This document shows, piece by piece, positions 1 to 12,030 of a stretch of 64,000 nt of DNA. The stretch's first letter is position 1, and every line of letters begins with the position of its first letter. Position numbers and translations under genes: made by a program. The DNA comes from an uncultured Gemmatimonadaceae bacterium (GTDB lineage: Bacteria > Gemmatimonadota > Gemmatimonadetes > Gemmatimonadales > Gemmatimonadaceae), in the NCBI GenBank assembly GCA_963817955.1, contig CAWFQK010000001.1, forward strand, positions 416,001-480,000, in the 5' to 3' direction. The notes beneath the pieces were generated by a model. The model worked only from the letters and a program-made list of their open reading frames with translations, had not been told where the DNA came from and did not search any database.

Positions 1-15
1 AGTGCGGGATGCCAT

Positions 16-377
16 AGACGGCGCAACAGCTTTGAACGCAGAGGTCGCAGAGAACTGCAAAAGAACTGCAGAGGACTGCAAAAGAGAACTGCAAAAGAAC
101 CAAAAGAACTGCAAAAAAGGACTGGAAAAAAGAACTGCAAAGAGAACGGGAAGCGTACGGAAGAGGGAAGCGCGTATCGGTGGGATGAACTGTGATTGCC
201 GAGTCCACAATCATTCCGCCTATATCGTTGAAGATCCCGACCTGGGCGATACCATCGAGCATCACGACGGCATCATCCAAGACTTCATGGCGAGACAATC
301 CTTCATGGTCCTCTGCAGTCCTCTGCAGTTCTCTTGCAGTTCTCTGCGACCTCTGCGTTAAAGCTGTTGCGCCGTCT
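16..377. repeat. Long inverted repeat, ~65-bp arms (16-80 / 314-377), with internal AGAACTGCA-type short repeats
   Basis: Left arm AGACGGCGCAACAGCTTTGAACGCAGAGGTCGCAGAGAACTGCAAAAGAACTGCAGAGGACTGCA matches the reverse complement of 314-377 with one indel and one mismatch. Confidence 0.95.
185..262 (-). pseudogene. Probable N-terminal remnant of a GxxExxY-family protein inside the inverted repeat
   Basis: Minus strand from ATG 262 reads MLDGIAQVGIFNDIGGMIVDSAITVH, resembling GxxExxY N-termini (N-x-I-x-G-x-IVDSAI-x-VH). It breaks off before the GPGLLESxY motif. Only ~15 informative residues. Confidence 0.5.
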
Positions 378-401
378 GCGGTAAGAAGCTGGTGTTCCCC
401 G

Positions 402-1912
402 TCACCGAGGCCCGAGTAGTTTCGCGATCCCTCTCATTGGAATGCCGGCCCACGTTGGCCGGTTGTTCAACTCGTACGTCAACTCGTAGAACACCTTCTC
501 GGCCTCGAACAGGGCGATCAACTGACGTACGCTCGACGGTTCTTCGGGTAGAATGTCCGGCGAATCGTCTTCGGGTTCGCCCAGGTATCCGGCGAGATAC
601 GCCGCGCGGACGTCGCGCTCCCAACGGGCCGTGCGCAACTCGCGGGTCGGTGCATCGATCGTCTTCTCCACCGACATCGCGAGCGTCGCCGCAACGTACG
701 CAAAGCTTCGCAGCATGCTGGCGACGTCGCGCAGCGGAGAGTGCTTCTCGCGGCGTTCCTCGAGCGATCGGGCCGGCTCGCCCTCGAAGTCGATGATCAT
801 GAAGTCCCCGCCCCCGCCCCCGCCCTCGCTCACCGTGCGAAGCACCTGACCCAGGTGATAGTCGCCGTGAATGCGGATGCACATGCCGAGGTCGTCGCCC
901 AACTCATCGACGGTCTCGTCCATCCACTTCTCGAGCCGCGAGCGCCGGCTCACGAGCGCCTGGGCTTCGGCCACGCGCTCCTTGGGAAAGGTGCTGGAGG
1001 TGATTTGCCGCTCCAGGAGCACGAGCGATTCTCCAATGGCGTGCTTCGCGCGGTTCGCCCAGCGGTCGAGATCTTCCGGCACCGCCGGCTCGGCCGCGAA
1101 ATCCGGATCGTCGTCATCACTCGAGAGCGCCTCGTGCAGCGCCCGGGTAACGGCGCCGAGCCGTTTCGCGTCGACGACGAACTCGTTCGCCGCCTCACGG
1201 TTGGCCGGCCCGTTGAAGTAGCTGCGCGCGCGTTCGAGCGCATATGCCCATGCGTCCGTTGACCGCGGCAGGAACTGCTGCATCATCCCCGATGTCGTGC
1301 GTGTCGCTCCCTCTTCGAAGTGCATCCAGCCGAGGAGTGCAGGCGTATGAGAGAAGTTGGCGCGCGTCGTGAGGAACGAGGTGACCTCCACATCTGGGTG
1401 CACGCCCGGCTCGATCCTGCGAAACAACTTGAGAATTGCCGCGTCGCCAATGATGATCGACGTATTGCTCTGTTCCGCGGCGACGAGTGTCGTCTTGGCA
1501 GCGTCGATCATTGGCGCGCCAACGGGCTCGGCGACCCACTGCACCGCGTCGCCTCGCACGGTTGCACCATGGACCACGGCGCCCACAAGGCCGGCTCTGA
1601 ATTCGGGATCGTACATGGCGTCGTACAGGGGGACGTTCGACTGCGTCGCGATCATCGCTTGGTCTACGACGTCGCTCTTCGTCCGCGAAGCAAGCGGCAC
1701 CTGGTACTCGTGTTCCGCTGTTCCCGCGACCACGATGACGCGGGCAATGGCGAACGCGCCTTCGCCCCACGGCAATACGACATACGATGCCACTCTCGCC
1801 TCGGTCGCCGCGGTGCCCTTCTCCGCGAACCAGCGCTGTCGATGGAGGAAACGCAGCAACTCGTCGCTCGACAACGACGCGATTGCCGTCGCGATCGGCG
1901 AGGCGGGGATCA

Positions 1913-1916
<4 letters not shown>
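402..1916 (-). CDS. mak: Maltokinase (Mak/Pep2)
   Basis: QRWF N-terminus, EQSNTS, RIHGDYHLGQVL, IIDFEGEP, RDVASMLRSF motifs; overlaps the treS stop codon. Confidence 0.93.
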
Positions 1917-3583
<1,667 letters not shown>

Positions 3584-3589
3584 TCGGTG

Positions 3590-3693
3590 ACTGGTGGTTG
3601 GTGGTTGGTGGTGGTGGTGGTGGTGGTGGTGGTGGTGGTGGTGGTGGTGGTGGTGGTGGTGGTGGTGGTGGTGGTGGTGGTGGTGGTGGTTGG
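3590..3693. repeat. (GGT)n trinucleotide tract with TGGTGGT heptamers at its edges
   Basis: Directly visible; lies just upstream of the treS start. Confidence 0.9.
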
Positions 3694-3849
3694 TCGCTAG
3701 TCGTGGCTTGTTGGGCCTGCTGGTGCGGAGGTTGCGGTGTGGGAGCCGTTAAAGTGTCTCAGAGATTAGTAGCTAGTATCTAGCATCAATAGCCAGCACT
3801 AAGCACCTGAGCCAGCACCAGGCACCCTGCCACCAGTAACCGGCGACCA

Positions 3850-4521
3850 ATGCTCCTTCCCCTCATTGCACTCCTTCTTGCGTCGGGAGATACCCTACGA
3901 ATCCGGCCTACCGTACCGCCAGTGATCGCACCGGCGTCCGCACCGGCAGACTCGGTCGCAAGCGTGGACTGGTACGACCGAGCGCCCGAACTCGACGCAC
4001 GACTGGCGCCGACGTTCGACGCACGACTAGTGCCGGGTTTTGAACCGCCGGCTGCAGCATCCGATACCGTCCGGAAACGCCGGAAAGCCATCGAGTACAG
4101 TGACTGGTACTACCGCCGCCTGCAGATCCACAGGTGGGGCAGCTGGGTCGAACTTCCGTTGTTTGCCGGCGAATACTGGCTTGGCAACAAGCTCATGCCG
4201 CGCGGCGAACCAATCGCCAATTGGCTGAGGCCAGCGCATCGCACCGTCGCCGGAGGGCTCGGCGTCTTATTCGGTATCAACACGATCACCGGGGTCTGGA
4301 ATCTGTGGGATTCCCGCAACGATACAGATGACCGCGGGCTCGTCTGGACCCATTCGGCCCTCATGCTCGCCTCCGACGCGGGGTTCGCGATCACCGGAGC
4401 ACTAGGTCACAACGCCCGCCGCTCGATTAACGGAGCCAATCAACATCGAAACGCAGCCCTCGCCTCGATCGGGCTCGCAACGGTGGGGACCGCGATCATG
4501 TGGGTGAAGCGAGGGCTGTGA
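3850..4521 (+). CDS. Hypothetical signal-peptide membrane protein
   Basis: 223-aa ORF with a hydrophobic N-terminus, ~4 His-containing TM segments, and a stop just before the repeats. Confidence 0.75.
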   Translation: MLLPLIALLLASGDTLRIRPTVPPVIAPASAPADSVASVDWYDRAPELDARLAPTFDARLVPGFEPPAAASDTVRKRRKAIEYSDWYYRRLQIHRWGSWVELPLFAGEYWLGNKLMPRGEPIANWLRPAHRTVAGGLGVLFGINTITGVWNLWDSRNDTDDRGLVWTHSALMLASDAGFAITGALGHNARRSINGANQHRNAALASIGLATVGTAIMWVKRGL

Positions 4522-4557
4522 GGTACGAGACACGGGACACGGGACCCGGGACACGGG

Positions 4558-4650
4558 AAACTCACCACGCACAACTCACCACTGGACAACTCGAAACTCG
4601 CCGACCGGTGGGCCGACCAGTACGGAGCAGCCAGCGACATCCAGCCGGCT
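4558..4650 (+). repeat. R element copy 1 (right half only), preceded by GACACGG heptamers (4527-4557)
   Basis: AACTCACCACTGG..CTCGAAACTCGCCGACCGGTGGGCCGACC..TACGGAGCAGCCAGCGACATCCAGCCGG matches the other copies. Confidence 0.92.
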
Positions 4651-4652
4651 CA

Positions 4653-4718
4653 CAGAGATCCTTCGCTTGCTCAGGATGACAGGCATCCAGGATGACAGGC
4701 CTTCGCTCAGGATGACAG
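4653..4718. repeat. REP-like cluster (GATCCTTCGC..GCTCAGGATGAC family)
   Basis: Three CAGGATGACAGG units; same family at 19520, 27116, 31749 and 60644. Confidence 0.88.
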
Positions 4719-4739
4719 GCATCGCGGGTGATCGGTGAT

Positions 4740-4980
4740 CAGTTGTGAGTTGTGAGTTGTGAGTTGTCAGTATACGGGTCATGCGCACCAGGGTGCCTGG
4801 CTCGCCGGCCACTATCGCCGGTCGGCGAGGTTCGGGTGTCCAGTTGTGAGTCGTGAGTTGTGAGTTTTTAACAACGCGTAACGCATAACTCATCACTGGC
4901 AACTCGGAACTCGCCGACCGGTGGGCCGACCACTACGGAGCAGCCAGCGACATCCAGCCGGTCAGAACCCGGAGTCCAAC
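4740..4980 (+). repeat. R element copy 2 (full length)
   Basis: Heptamer leader, GTATACGGG..CCAGGGTGCCTGG..CACTATCG module, CCGGTCGGCGAG/CTCGCCGACCGG hairpin, right module ending CCGGAGTCCAA. Confidence 0.95.
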
Positions 4981-5035
4981 GCGCGCCTCACGATCGTTCC
5001 TCCCATCGGCGAGTTTCCCGTCTTGCGTTTGCGCA

Positions 5036-7123
5036 TCATGCGTCGACCGTCTCCACCGCCAGTACGTGCCCCACCGCCTCAACCGGATCCAGCCGGACGT
5101 AGTTCCTCACCCCCTGCCACATGTACTTCACCCCCGTGAGCAGATCGTGCACCACGTACGGCTGCTCGTCGTCGATGCCCATGTCGTGAATCGGCACGTG
5201 GACCATCGTCTCCTGGACGTGGTGCGGGTCGAGGTTGACGGCAACGAGAATGTCGGTGCTCGTCGCGATGGGAGCGAGGTCGAGCGCTGCGGCGATCTTT
5301 GGTGGAACTGGATGGCCCGTGGGGTTCGTCCATTGCACCAGCGGCGCGCGCGATGACTTGCGGTAGAACAGGATGTTCGGGTTCTCGGACGTGTGGAATG
5401 AAAGGTTGGCGTACTGTTGGAGCGCCCGCTGTTCGCGGCGCAGGCGATTCAGCCGTTCGATGTCCACATTGATGTTCCCGGGCGCGCCGTAGTTGCGCGG
5501 GCGAAGCTGGTACTTCTCCGAATCGAGATACTCCTCGCTCCCTTCACCCACCGGCACATTCTCGCACAGTTCGAAGCCGCTGTAGATGCCATACAGCGGC
5601 AGCAGCGTCGCGGCGAGCAACAGACGCACCCGAAAGGCGGGCCGGCCGCCGTTTACCAGGTATTCATTCAGAATGTCTGGTGTGTTGACGAACAAGTTCC
5701 CGCGGAAGTACTCCACCATTGGACTCTGCGCCAGCTCCTGCAGATGCTCGCGCAAGTCCCACGCGGCGTTCTTCCAGGTGAAATAGGTGTACGACATCGT
5801 GAAGCCAAGCTTGGCGAGCACCTTCATTGGCTTGGGCCGCGTGAATGCTTCCGCGAAGAAGATCACGTCGGGGTGCTCGCGTTGCACATCCTGGATCACC
5901 CACTCCCAGAAGGCGAACGCCTTGGTGTGCGGATTGTCGACGCGAAAGATCTTCACGCCGTGACCAATCCAGTACAGCAGCACGTCGCGGCAGGCGTTCC
6001 ATAGCCCATGCCGGTCGTCGCACCAGAAGTTCAGTGGATAGATGTCCTGATACTTCTTCGGCGGATTCTCGGCGTAATGGATGGAGCCGTCGGGCCGAAT
6101 GTAGAACCAGTCGGGGTGCTCCGTGACCCACGGGTGATCGGGCGAGCACTGGAGCGCGTAGTCGAGCGCCACTTCCATTCCCAGCGTGCGCGCCGTGTCG
6201 ACGAACTGATCGAAGTCGTCGATCGTGCCCAGCGCCGGCTCGATGGCGGTGTGCCCGCCATTCTCGTTTCCGATCGCCCACGGACTGCCGACGTCGTCTG
6301 GCTCCGGCGTGAGTGAGTTGTTCTTGCCCTTCCGGTACGAATGGCCAATGGGGTGGATGGGCGGCAGGTAGACGACGTCGAACCCGAGGTCGGCAATGCG
6401 CTGTAGCCGCGCCGCCGCATCGATAAACGTTCCGTGATGCGGCGGCGTGAACCCAGGAGTGACTTGTGACCGCGGAAACATCTCGTACCAAGCGGCAAAG
6501 CGCGCCAATTCTCGATCGACAGTGATGGCGAGATCGTGCCGGTAGCGCGCCAGATCGCTCACCGGGCCGTACTCGGTCATGAGCGCACGCAGATCGTCGT
6601 CCAGCGCGCGTTGCACGCGTCGTTCGATCGGCGTGTCGCTCTGATCCTCGAGCATCTTCGCGGTCATGAGCAGCGACGCCCTGGCAGCCTTGCTCTTCAC
6701 CGACCGCGCCGCCGAACGCGCATGCTGCGCACCCTCCATCAAGTCCACCGTCACGTCCTGGCCGGCCTTGACCTTTTTCTCGACAGCATTCCGCCAGGTA
6801 CCGAATCGGTCGGTCCACGCCTGTATCGTGAACGCCCAAGGCCCAAGGCGATCAACCGTGAAGGCGCCATACCAACGGTCACTGTCGAAGTCGTATGCCA
6901 TTGGCGACCACGACCAATCGCCGTCGCCCGGACCGCGATACAGCAGCTGCGCGGTCAGTTGGTCGTGTCCTTCCTTCATGATGTCGGCTCCGACCGACAC
7001 CCGGTCGCCGACCACCCGTTTGACAGGATAGCGCCCGCCGTCGAGCTCGGGCGTGACGCACTCAATGACGATATGCTCGAGTCGGCGTGACGTGGAACGG
7101 CGCTCGGTCTTTCTGGTAGCCAC
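5036..7123 (-). CDS. glgE: Alpha-1,4-glucan:maltose-1-phosphate maltosyltransferase
   Basis: WYEMFPRS, YLPPIHPIG, RKGKNN, GSPWAIG, YAENPPKKYQDIYP, FRVDNPHTK, AEAFTRP. Start set at GTG 7123 (7147 also possible) to avoid the thrA overlap. Confidence 0.96.
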   Translation of the reverse strand: MATRKTERRSTSRRLEHIVIECVTPELDGGRYPVKRVVGDRVSVGADIMKEGHDQLTAQLLYRGPGDGDWSWSPMAYDFDSDRWYGAFTVDRLGPWAFTIQAWTDRFGTWRNAVEKKVKAGQDVTVDLMEGAQHARSAARSVKSKAARASLLMTAKMLEDQSDTPIERRVQRALDDDLRALMTEYGPVSDLARYRHDLAITVDRELARFAAWYEMFPRSQVTPGFTPPHHGTFIDAAARLQRIADLGFDVVYLPPIHPIGHSYRKGKNNSLTPEPDDVGSPWAIGNENGGHTAIEPALGTIDDFDQFVDTARTLGMEVALDYALQCSPDHPWVTEHPDWFYIRPDGSIHYAENPPKKYQDIYPLNFWCDDRHGLWNACRDVLLYWIGHGVKIFRVDNPHTKAFAFWEWVIQDVQREHPDVIFFAEAFTRPKPMKVLAKLGFTMSYTYFTWKNAAWDLREHLQELAQSPMVEYFRGNLFVNTPDILNEYLVNGGRPAFRVRLLLAATLLPLYGIYSGFELCENVPVGEGSEEYLDSEKYQLRPRNYGAPGNINVDIERLNRLRREQRALQQYANLSFHTSENPNILFYRKSSRAPLVQWTNPTGHPVPPKIAAALDLAPIATSTDILVAVNLDPHHVQETMVHVPIHDMGIDDEQPYVVHDLLTGVKYMWQGVRNYVRLDPVEAVGHVLAVETVDA

Positions 7124-7219
7124 AGTATCCGGGTAGATCGGTCGCACATGAGGCCGTTGCGACTCGAACGGCGTTCGGCGGAGTTGCTCGCAACATCCGC
7201 GCCCTCTATATCGTACAAA

Positions 7220-9706
7220 ATGGCCACCGCATCTCATACTGTCTTCGTTCACAAATTCGGCGGCAGCAGCCTTGCCGACGGCGACGCCTTCCGCCGCGTC
7301 GCCGCAATCGTTGCTGCCCGCCCCGAGTCGCGGCGTGTCATCGTCGTCTCGGCCATGAGCGGGGTGACGAACACCCTCGTCAACGCCGTGGAGCGTGCCG
7401 GTGCGGGCGATCAATCGTACGTAACGCTCCTCGACGAGCTTCGCCGCCGCCACCTGTCGACGATCGATCAGCTGTTCGACGAATCAGCGGCCGAACCACT
7501 CCGCGCCGTCATCGAGCACGACCTCACGGAGATTGGCAAGATTCTGCATGTGGCTTCACTCCTCCACAGCTCGCACGACGCGCTTGGTCTGGTGAGTGGA
7601 TTCGGCGAGCTCTGGTCCGCGCAACTCCTTGCCGAGTGTTTGCGGTCGGTGGCCGGGGTACCCACTGCATGGCTGAACGCGCGCGACGTGCTCACGGTGG
7701 TGCCCACCGACGGTCCAGTGCCGGACGTCGATTGGGACGTGTCGCGCATGCGCCTCGCCCAGTGGATCGCGGCACATCCGCAGCTTCCACCGACGTTGGT
7801 CGTCACCGGCTTCGTCGCCTCCACTCGCGACGGCGTCGCAACGACACTCGGCCGCAACGGCAGCGATTTCACTGCGTCGATTTTCGGTTCACTCGTGCAA
7901 GCGGACGAGATCCACATCTGGACCGACGTCGATGGTGTGATGAGCGCCGACCCGCGTCTCGTGCCCGAAGCCGTCACGCTCGATGCGCTGTCGTACGACG
8001 AGGCAATGGAGCTCGCCTACTTCGGGGCCAAGGTGATCCACCCGAGCACGATGGCGCCGGCCATTCTACGCGACACGCCGTTGATCATCCGTAACACCTT
8101 CAACGCCGAGCATCCCGGAACACGCATCGAAGCGCATCCCCTGTCGTCATTCGGCGTCAAGGGACTGGCCACCGTGCAGTCGATTGCGCTCCTCAACCTC
8201 GAGGGCACGGGCATGATCGGCGTGCCCGGCACCGCCCAACGCCTATTCGGCGCACTGCGCGAGGCGGGCATCTCGGTGGTGATGATCTCGCAGGGCAGCT
8301 CGGAACACTCGATCTGCTTCGCCGTGCCAATGGCGCTCGCCGAACGGGCGCGCGAAGCGGTGGAGCGAGCGTTCTTCGCCGAGCGACATCACGGACAGAT
8401 TCAGCGTGTCGATGTGTTGTCCGATTGCAGCATCCTGGCCGTGGTCGGTGATCGCATGGCGGGACAACCAGGCGTTGCAGCCAAGTTCTTCAGTGCACTT
8501 GGGAAGTCCGGGGTGAACATTCGCGCCATCGCGCAGGGGTCGTCGGAGCGCAACATCTCCGTCGTCGTGGACGCGGGCGACACGCAACGCGCGCTCCGCG
8601 CCGCGCACGCCAGCTTCTATCTCTCCAATCAAACTATCTCCATCGGCCTGGTGGGCGCCGGCAACATTGGCGCAACGTTCCTTGGTCAGCTCCAGCGAGA
8701 GCGTACTCGCCTCAAGGAGACGTTCGACGTCGATCTCCGAGTGCGGGCCATTGCCACGTCGTCGCGCATGCTCCTCAGCCATTCAGCCATCGATCTCGCC
8801 GACTGGCGCGGCTCGCTCGCCCAGAGCGGAGAAGCGTTGGACCTGGACCGACTCGTCGCACACGTGCGCACCGAGCATCTCCCGCACGCCGCGATCATCG
8901 ACTGCACGGCCAGCGAGGTCGTTGCGCGGCAGTACGCGGAATGGCTCGAGCGCGGCATTCACGTCATCACGCCAAACAAGCGCGCGAACACCGCATCGAT
9001 GGACTACTACCGTCGCTTGCGTCCGGCCACAGGCAGCCTTGGCGCACACTATCTCTATGAGACCACTGTGGGCGCCGCGCTGCCGATCATCCGCACGCTG
9101 CGCGATCTCGTGCAGACGGGCGATCAGGTACAGGAAATCGAGGGCATTCTGTCCGGTACGTTGTCGTACTTGTTCAACAGCTTCGACGGTTCGCGTCCCT
9201 TCTCGGATCTCGTGAAACGCGCCCGTGCGCTCGGGTACACTGAGCCCGATCCGCGCGACGATCTGTCCGGCGCCGACGTCGCGCGCAAAGTCGTCATTCT
9301 GGCGCGCGAGATGGGATTGTCGCTCGAGCTCGCGGACGTCCAGGTGCAGAGCCTCGTGCCGAACGTGCTGCAACGCGGATCGACCGAGGACTTTCTTGCC
9401 GCGTTGCCCGAGCACGACGCCGAGATGGAAAGCCAGCGCCGAGCCGCGGCCGCCGAGGGCAGTGCACTGCGGTATGTTGGCCGCGTCGATGCGAGCGGGC
9501 GGGCGACGGTGCAACTTCGCGCGTATGCGTCCACGCATCCATTCGCGCGCATTCAACTCACCGACAACATCGTGCTGTTTCGCACGGCCCGGTACAGCGA
9601 GAATCCGCTGGTCGTGCAGGGGCCGGGTGCAGGACGCGACGTAACGGCCGCCGGCGTCTTTGCCGACCTGCTGCGTCTGGCGTCGTACCTCGGCGCGGTG
9701 ATGTAA
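7220..9706 (+). CDS. thrA: Bifunctional aspartate kinase / homoserine dehydrogenase I
   Basis: HKFGGSS, LGRNGSDF, WTDVDGV, two ACT domains, GAGNIG, YETTVGAALP, GYTEPDPRDDLSG, GPGAG. Confidence 0.96.
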   Translation: MATASHTVFVHKFGGSSLADGDAFRRVAAIVAARPESRRVIVVSAMSGVTNTLVNAVERAGAGDQSYVTLLDELRRRHLSTIDQLFDESAAEPLRAVIEHDLTEIGKILHVASLLHSSHDALGLVSGFGELWSAQLLAECLRSVAGVPTAWLNARDVLTVVPTDGPVPDVDWDVSRMRLAQWIAAHPQLPPTLVVTGFVASTRDGVATTLGRNGSDFTASIFGSLVQADEIHIWTDVDGVMSADPRLVPEAVTLDALSYDEAMELAYFGAKVIHPSTMAPAILRDTPLIIRNTFNAEHPGTRIEAHPLSSFGVKGLATVQSIALLNLEGTGMIGVPGTAQRLFGALREAGISVVMISQGSSEHSICFAVPMALAERAREAVERAFFAERHHGQIQRVDVLSDCSILAVVGDRMAGQPGVAAKFFSALGKSGVNIRAIAQGSSERNISVVVDAGDTQRALRAAHASFYLSNQTISIGLVGAGNIGATFLGQLQRERTRLKETFDVDLRVRAIATSSRMLLSHSAIDLADWRGSLAQSGEALDLDRLVAHVRTEHLPHAAIIDCTASEVVARQYAEWLERGIHVITPNKRANTASMDYYRRLRPATGSLGAHYLYETTVGAALPIIRTLRDLVQTGDQVQEIEGILSGTLSYLFNSFDGSRPFSDLVKRARALGYTEPDPRDDLSGADVARKVVILAREMGLSLELADVQVQSLVPNVLQRGSTEDFLAALPEHDAEMESQRRAAAAEGSALRYVGRVDASGRATVQLRAYASTHPFARIQLTDNIVLFRTARYSENPLVVQGPGAGRDVTAAGVFADLLRLASYLGAVM

Positions 9707-9749
9707 TGACCTTCGCGCATGGTGTAGCAGGGGTGGCGTCAACCGGGCT

Positions 9750-9940
9750 TGGACTCCGGGTTGTTGACCGGCTGGATGTCGCTGGCTGCTCCGTAGCGGT
9801 CGGCCCACCGGTCGGCGAGGTTCGAGTTGCCAGTGATGAGTGATGCGTTGCGCGTTGTTAAAAACTCACAACTCACAACGCACAACTGGACACCCGAACC
9901 TCGCCGACCGGCGATAGTGGTCAGCGTGCCAGGCGCCCGG
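9750..9940 (-). repeat. R element copy 3 (inverted, left end truncated), followed by TAACGCG heptamers (9959-9987)
   Basis: Reverse complement of copy 2, downstream of the thrA stop. Confidence 0.93.
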
Positions 9941-10054
9941 CGGTAGAAGCCCAACTGGTAACGCATAACGCGTAACGCGTAACGCGGTGCCCCGTGTCCC
10001 CAACATTTGTAAGGATCATGTACGAGCGCGGCCCATCCGTCGTATCTTTTCCCG

Positions 10055-11284
10055 ATGCCAACTGTAACTGTCATCGGCGGCGGCCTCGTCGGCCTGGCCA
10101 GTACATACAAGCTTCTGCTCGGCGGGCAGTTCGACCGAGTCGTACTCCTGGAGAAGGAACCGGACGTCGCCCGTCATCAATCGACGCACAACAGCGGCGT
10201 GTTGCACGCGGGGTTGTACTACACGCCGGGCTCGCTCAAGGCGCGCTTTGCCGTCAACGGCCTCCGCGAGATGGTGGCGTTCTGTCAGGAGCACGGGGTG
10301 GCGTACGACCAGTGCGGCAAGGTGGTCGTGGCCACGGAAGACGCGGAGCTCGGTCGGTTGCACACGCTGTTCGAGCGCGGACAACAGAATGGCCTGTCCG
10401 GATTGCGCTGGCTCGACGGCAAGGAGCTGCGCGAGATCGAGCCGCACGCGGCGGGCATTGCCGCGGTGCACGTGCCAGAGGAGGGCATAGCGGACTACGC
10501 GGGCGTCGCGCAGGCCATCAAGCGTCTGATCGTCAAGGCTGGCGGAGAAGTGGTCGTGAGCGCGCCCGTGCGCTCGCTCACGCGGTCCGCTTCCGGCTGG
10601 ACGATTCGCGCCGGAGCGCAGACGCTGACGGCGAACACCATCGTCAATTGCGCAGGTCTGCACGCCGATCGCATTGCGCGGCTGGCCGGCGAGCAGACCG
10701 ATGTCCGGATCGTACCGTTTCGCGGTGAGTACTACACCCTGCGCCCGGACCGCGCGTCGCTAGTTCGAAATCTCATATATCCGGTTCCGAACCCCGCCTT
10801 TCCGTTCCTGGGCGTGCATCTCACGAGAATGATCCACGGCGGTGTGGAGGGTGGGCCGAACGCCGTGCTTGCCGGTGCGCGCGAGGGGTACACGAAATGG
10901 CAGATCAACCTGCGCGACCTCGGCGAGGCGATCACCTTTCCCGGCCTGTGGCACTTCATCGCGCACTACCCGCAGGTCGTCACGTATGAATTGGCGCGGT
11001 CGTTCAGCTCGAGATTGTTCTTGCGCGCGCTGCAGCGCCTGGTCCCCGAGCTGCGCGCCGGCGACATCGTGCCCGGAATGGCCGGCGTGCGCGCTCAGGC
11101 CATGCGTGGCAACGGCGAATTGGTACAGGATTTCGACATGATCGTGCGTCCAGACGCCGTTCACGTACTCAACGCACCGAGCCCGGCCGCCACGGCTTCG
11201 TTGGCGATTGGAGCCGAGATAGCCAGTTGGACTTGTCGCCAATCCCCACGACCATCGCCGACGACCCGGCCGCTCGGCCGGTGA
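10055..11284 (+). CDS. lhgO: L-2-hydroxyglutarate oxidase
   Basis: GGGLVG, HQSTHNSGVLHAGLYY, PFRGEYY, YPVPNPAFPFLGVH, GVRAQA, NAPSPAATASLAI. Confidence 0.93.
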   Translation: MPTVTVIGGGLVGLASTYKLLLGGQFDRVVLLEKEPDVARHQSTHNSGVLHAGLYYTPGSLKARFAVNGLREMVAFCQEHGVAYDQCGKVVVATEDAELGRLHTLFERGQQNGLSGLRWLDGKELREIEPHAAGIAAVHVPEEGIADYAGVAQAIKRLIVKAGGEVVVSAPVRSLTRSASGWTIRAGAQTLTANTIVNCAGLHADRIARLAGEQTDVRIVPFRGEYYTLRPDRASLVRNLIYPVPNPAFPFLGVHLTRMIHGGVEGGPNAVLAGAREGYTKWQINLRDLGEAITFPGLWHFIAHYPQVVTYELARSFSSRLFLRALQRLVPELRAGDIVPGMAGVRAQAMRGNGELVQDFDMIVRPDAVHVLNAPSPAATASLAIGAEIASWTCRQSPRPSPTTRPLGR

Positions 11285-12030
11285 TGACAACGGTCGTCGC
11301 GGACGATCTCCTGCTGCACACCCCGAGACGTGGGCCGGATGGTCGCTGGGCGAAGAGCGCGTGGCCCGCCTATTCCGCGCCGCGGCCTCGTTCTATGACG
11401 CCGCGCCTCTGGTCGCAGGCCGTATAGGCAGCGCCCCCGTTGTACCCGCCACGGCGCGCCGTCACTCGACGGCTGGCACTACACCTTGTTGAACATGTCA
11501 TGTACGGAAACCGAGCGCCGATCACGGCGATCACCGAGTTCGACCTGCGCGAGTTTCTCTTCGACTCGTTGCCGAGAAAACTCAGGCTCGCCCGCTCGGC
11601 GGCGTTGGCTGCGCTTGGCTCTCTCGAACGGTTCTTCGAGTTTCTCGCCGCCGAAGAAGGCATCGAATGTCCCTGGGCCGCGCCCATTCTACAGGACCGA
11701 AGCGCGTTCATCGAGCGATGGGAAACCTGTCCGAACAAACCCTTCTGGGATCTGGAGTCGATTGATTGGATCAGTGATCTGAATGCCGATCTCCAACGGC
11801 GCTCGCTGCTGCCGGAGTCCGATCTGGGGTCCGGGCCGGAGTCTGCTTCGGTCTCCGATGATCTGGAACTTCCGATCACCCCCATGACCTGGGAGCAACA
11901 TCTGGTGTGGCTGCGTCTGCACCGGCAGTGGCTCGCTTGGCGCGACGAGATCATTCGGTCTGGTGTGACCGACGCCGAGACCGTGTACAACCGCTTGGCC
12001 GAGCGGGCGCGCGCCCAACAGTCTACTTGA
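11284..12030 (+). CDS. Hypothetical protein with an in-frame TAG at 11425-11427 (or a shorter protein starting ~11479)
   Basis: ATG overlaps the lhgO stop (TGATG); the ORFs before and after the TAG share one frame. Confidence 0.5.

Noticed and set aside
3598..3783. Poly-Gly / poly-Val ORFs
   Set aside because: Translations of the (GGT)n tract with no other coding evidence.
4576..5139. Recurrent short ORFs such as MGRPLRSSQRHPAG and MPVVSYALRVVKNSQLTTHN
   Set aside because: They are translations of the R repeat; frames and stops are not conserved between copies.
9766..9922. HDV-like ribozyme fold in the minus strand of R
   Set aside because: A P2/P4-like arrangement can be drawn, but the would-be P3 strand varies without compensation among copies (AGC/AGT/ACT/ACC) and L3/J4-2 do not fit the consensus. 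An in vitro cleavage test would settle it.
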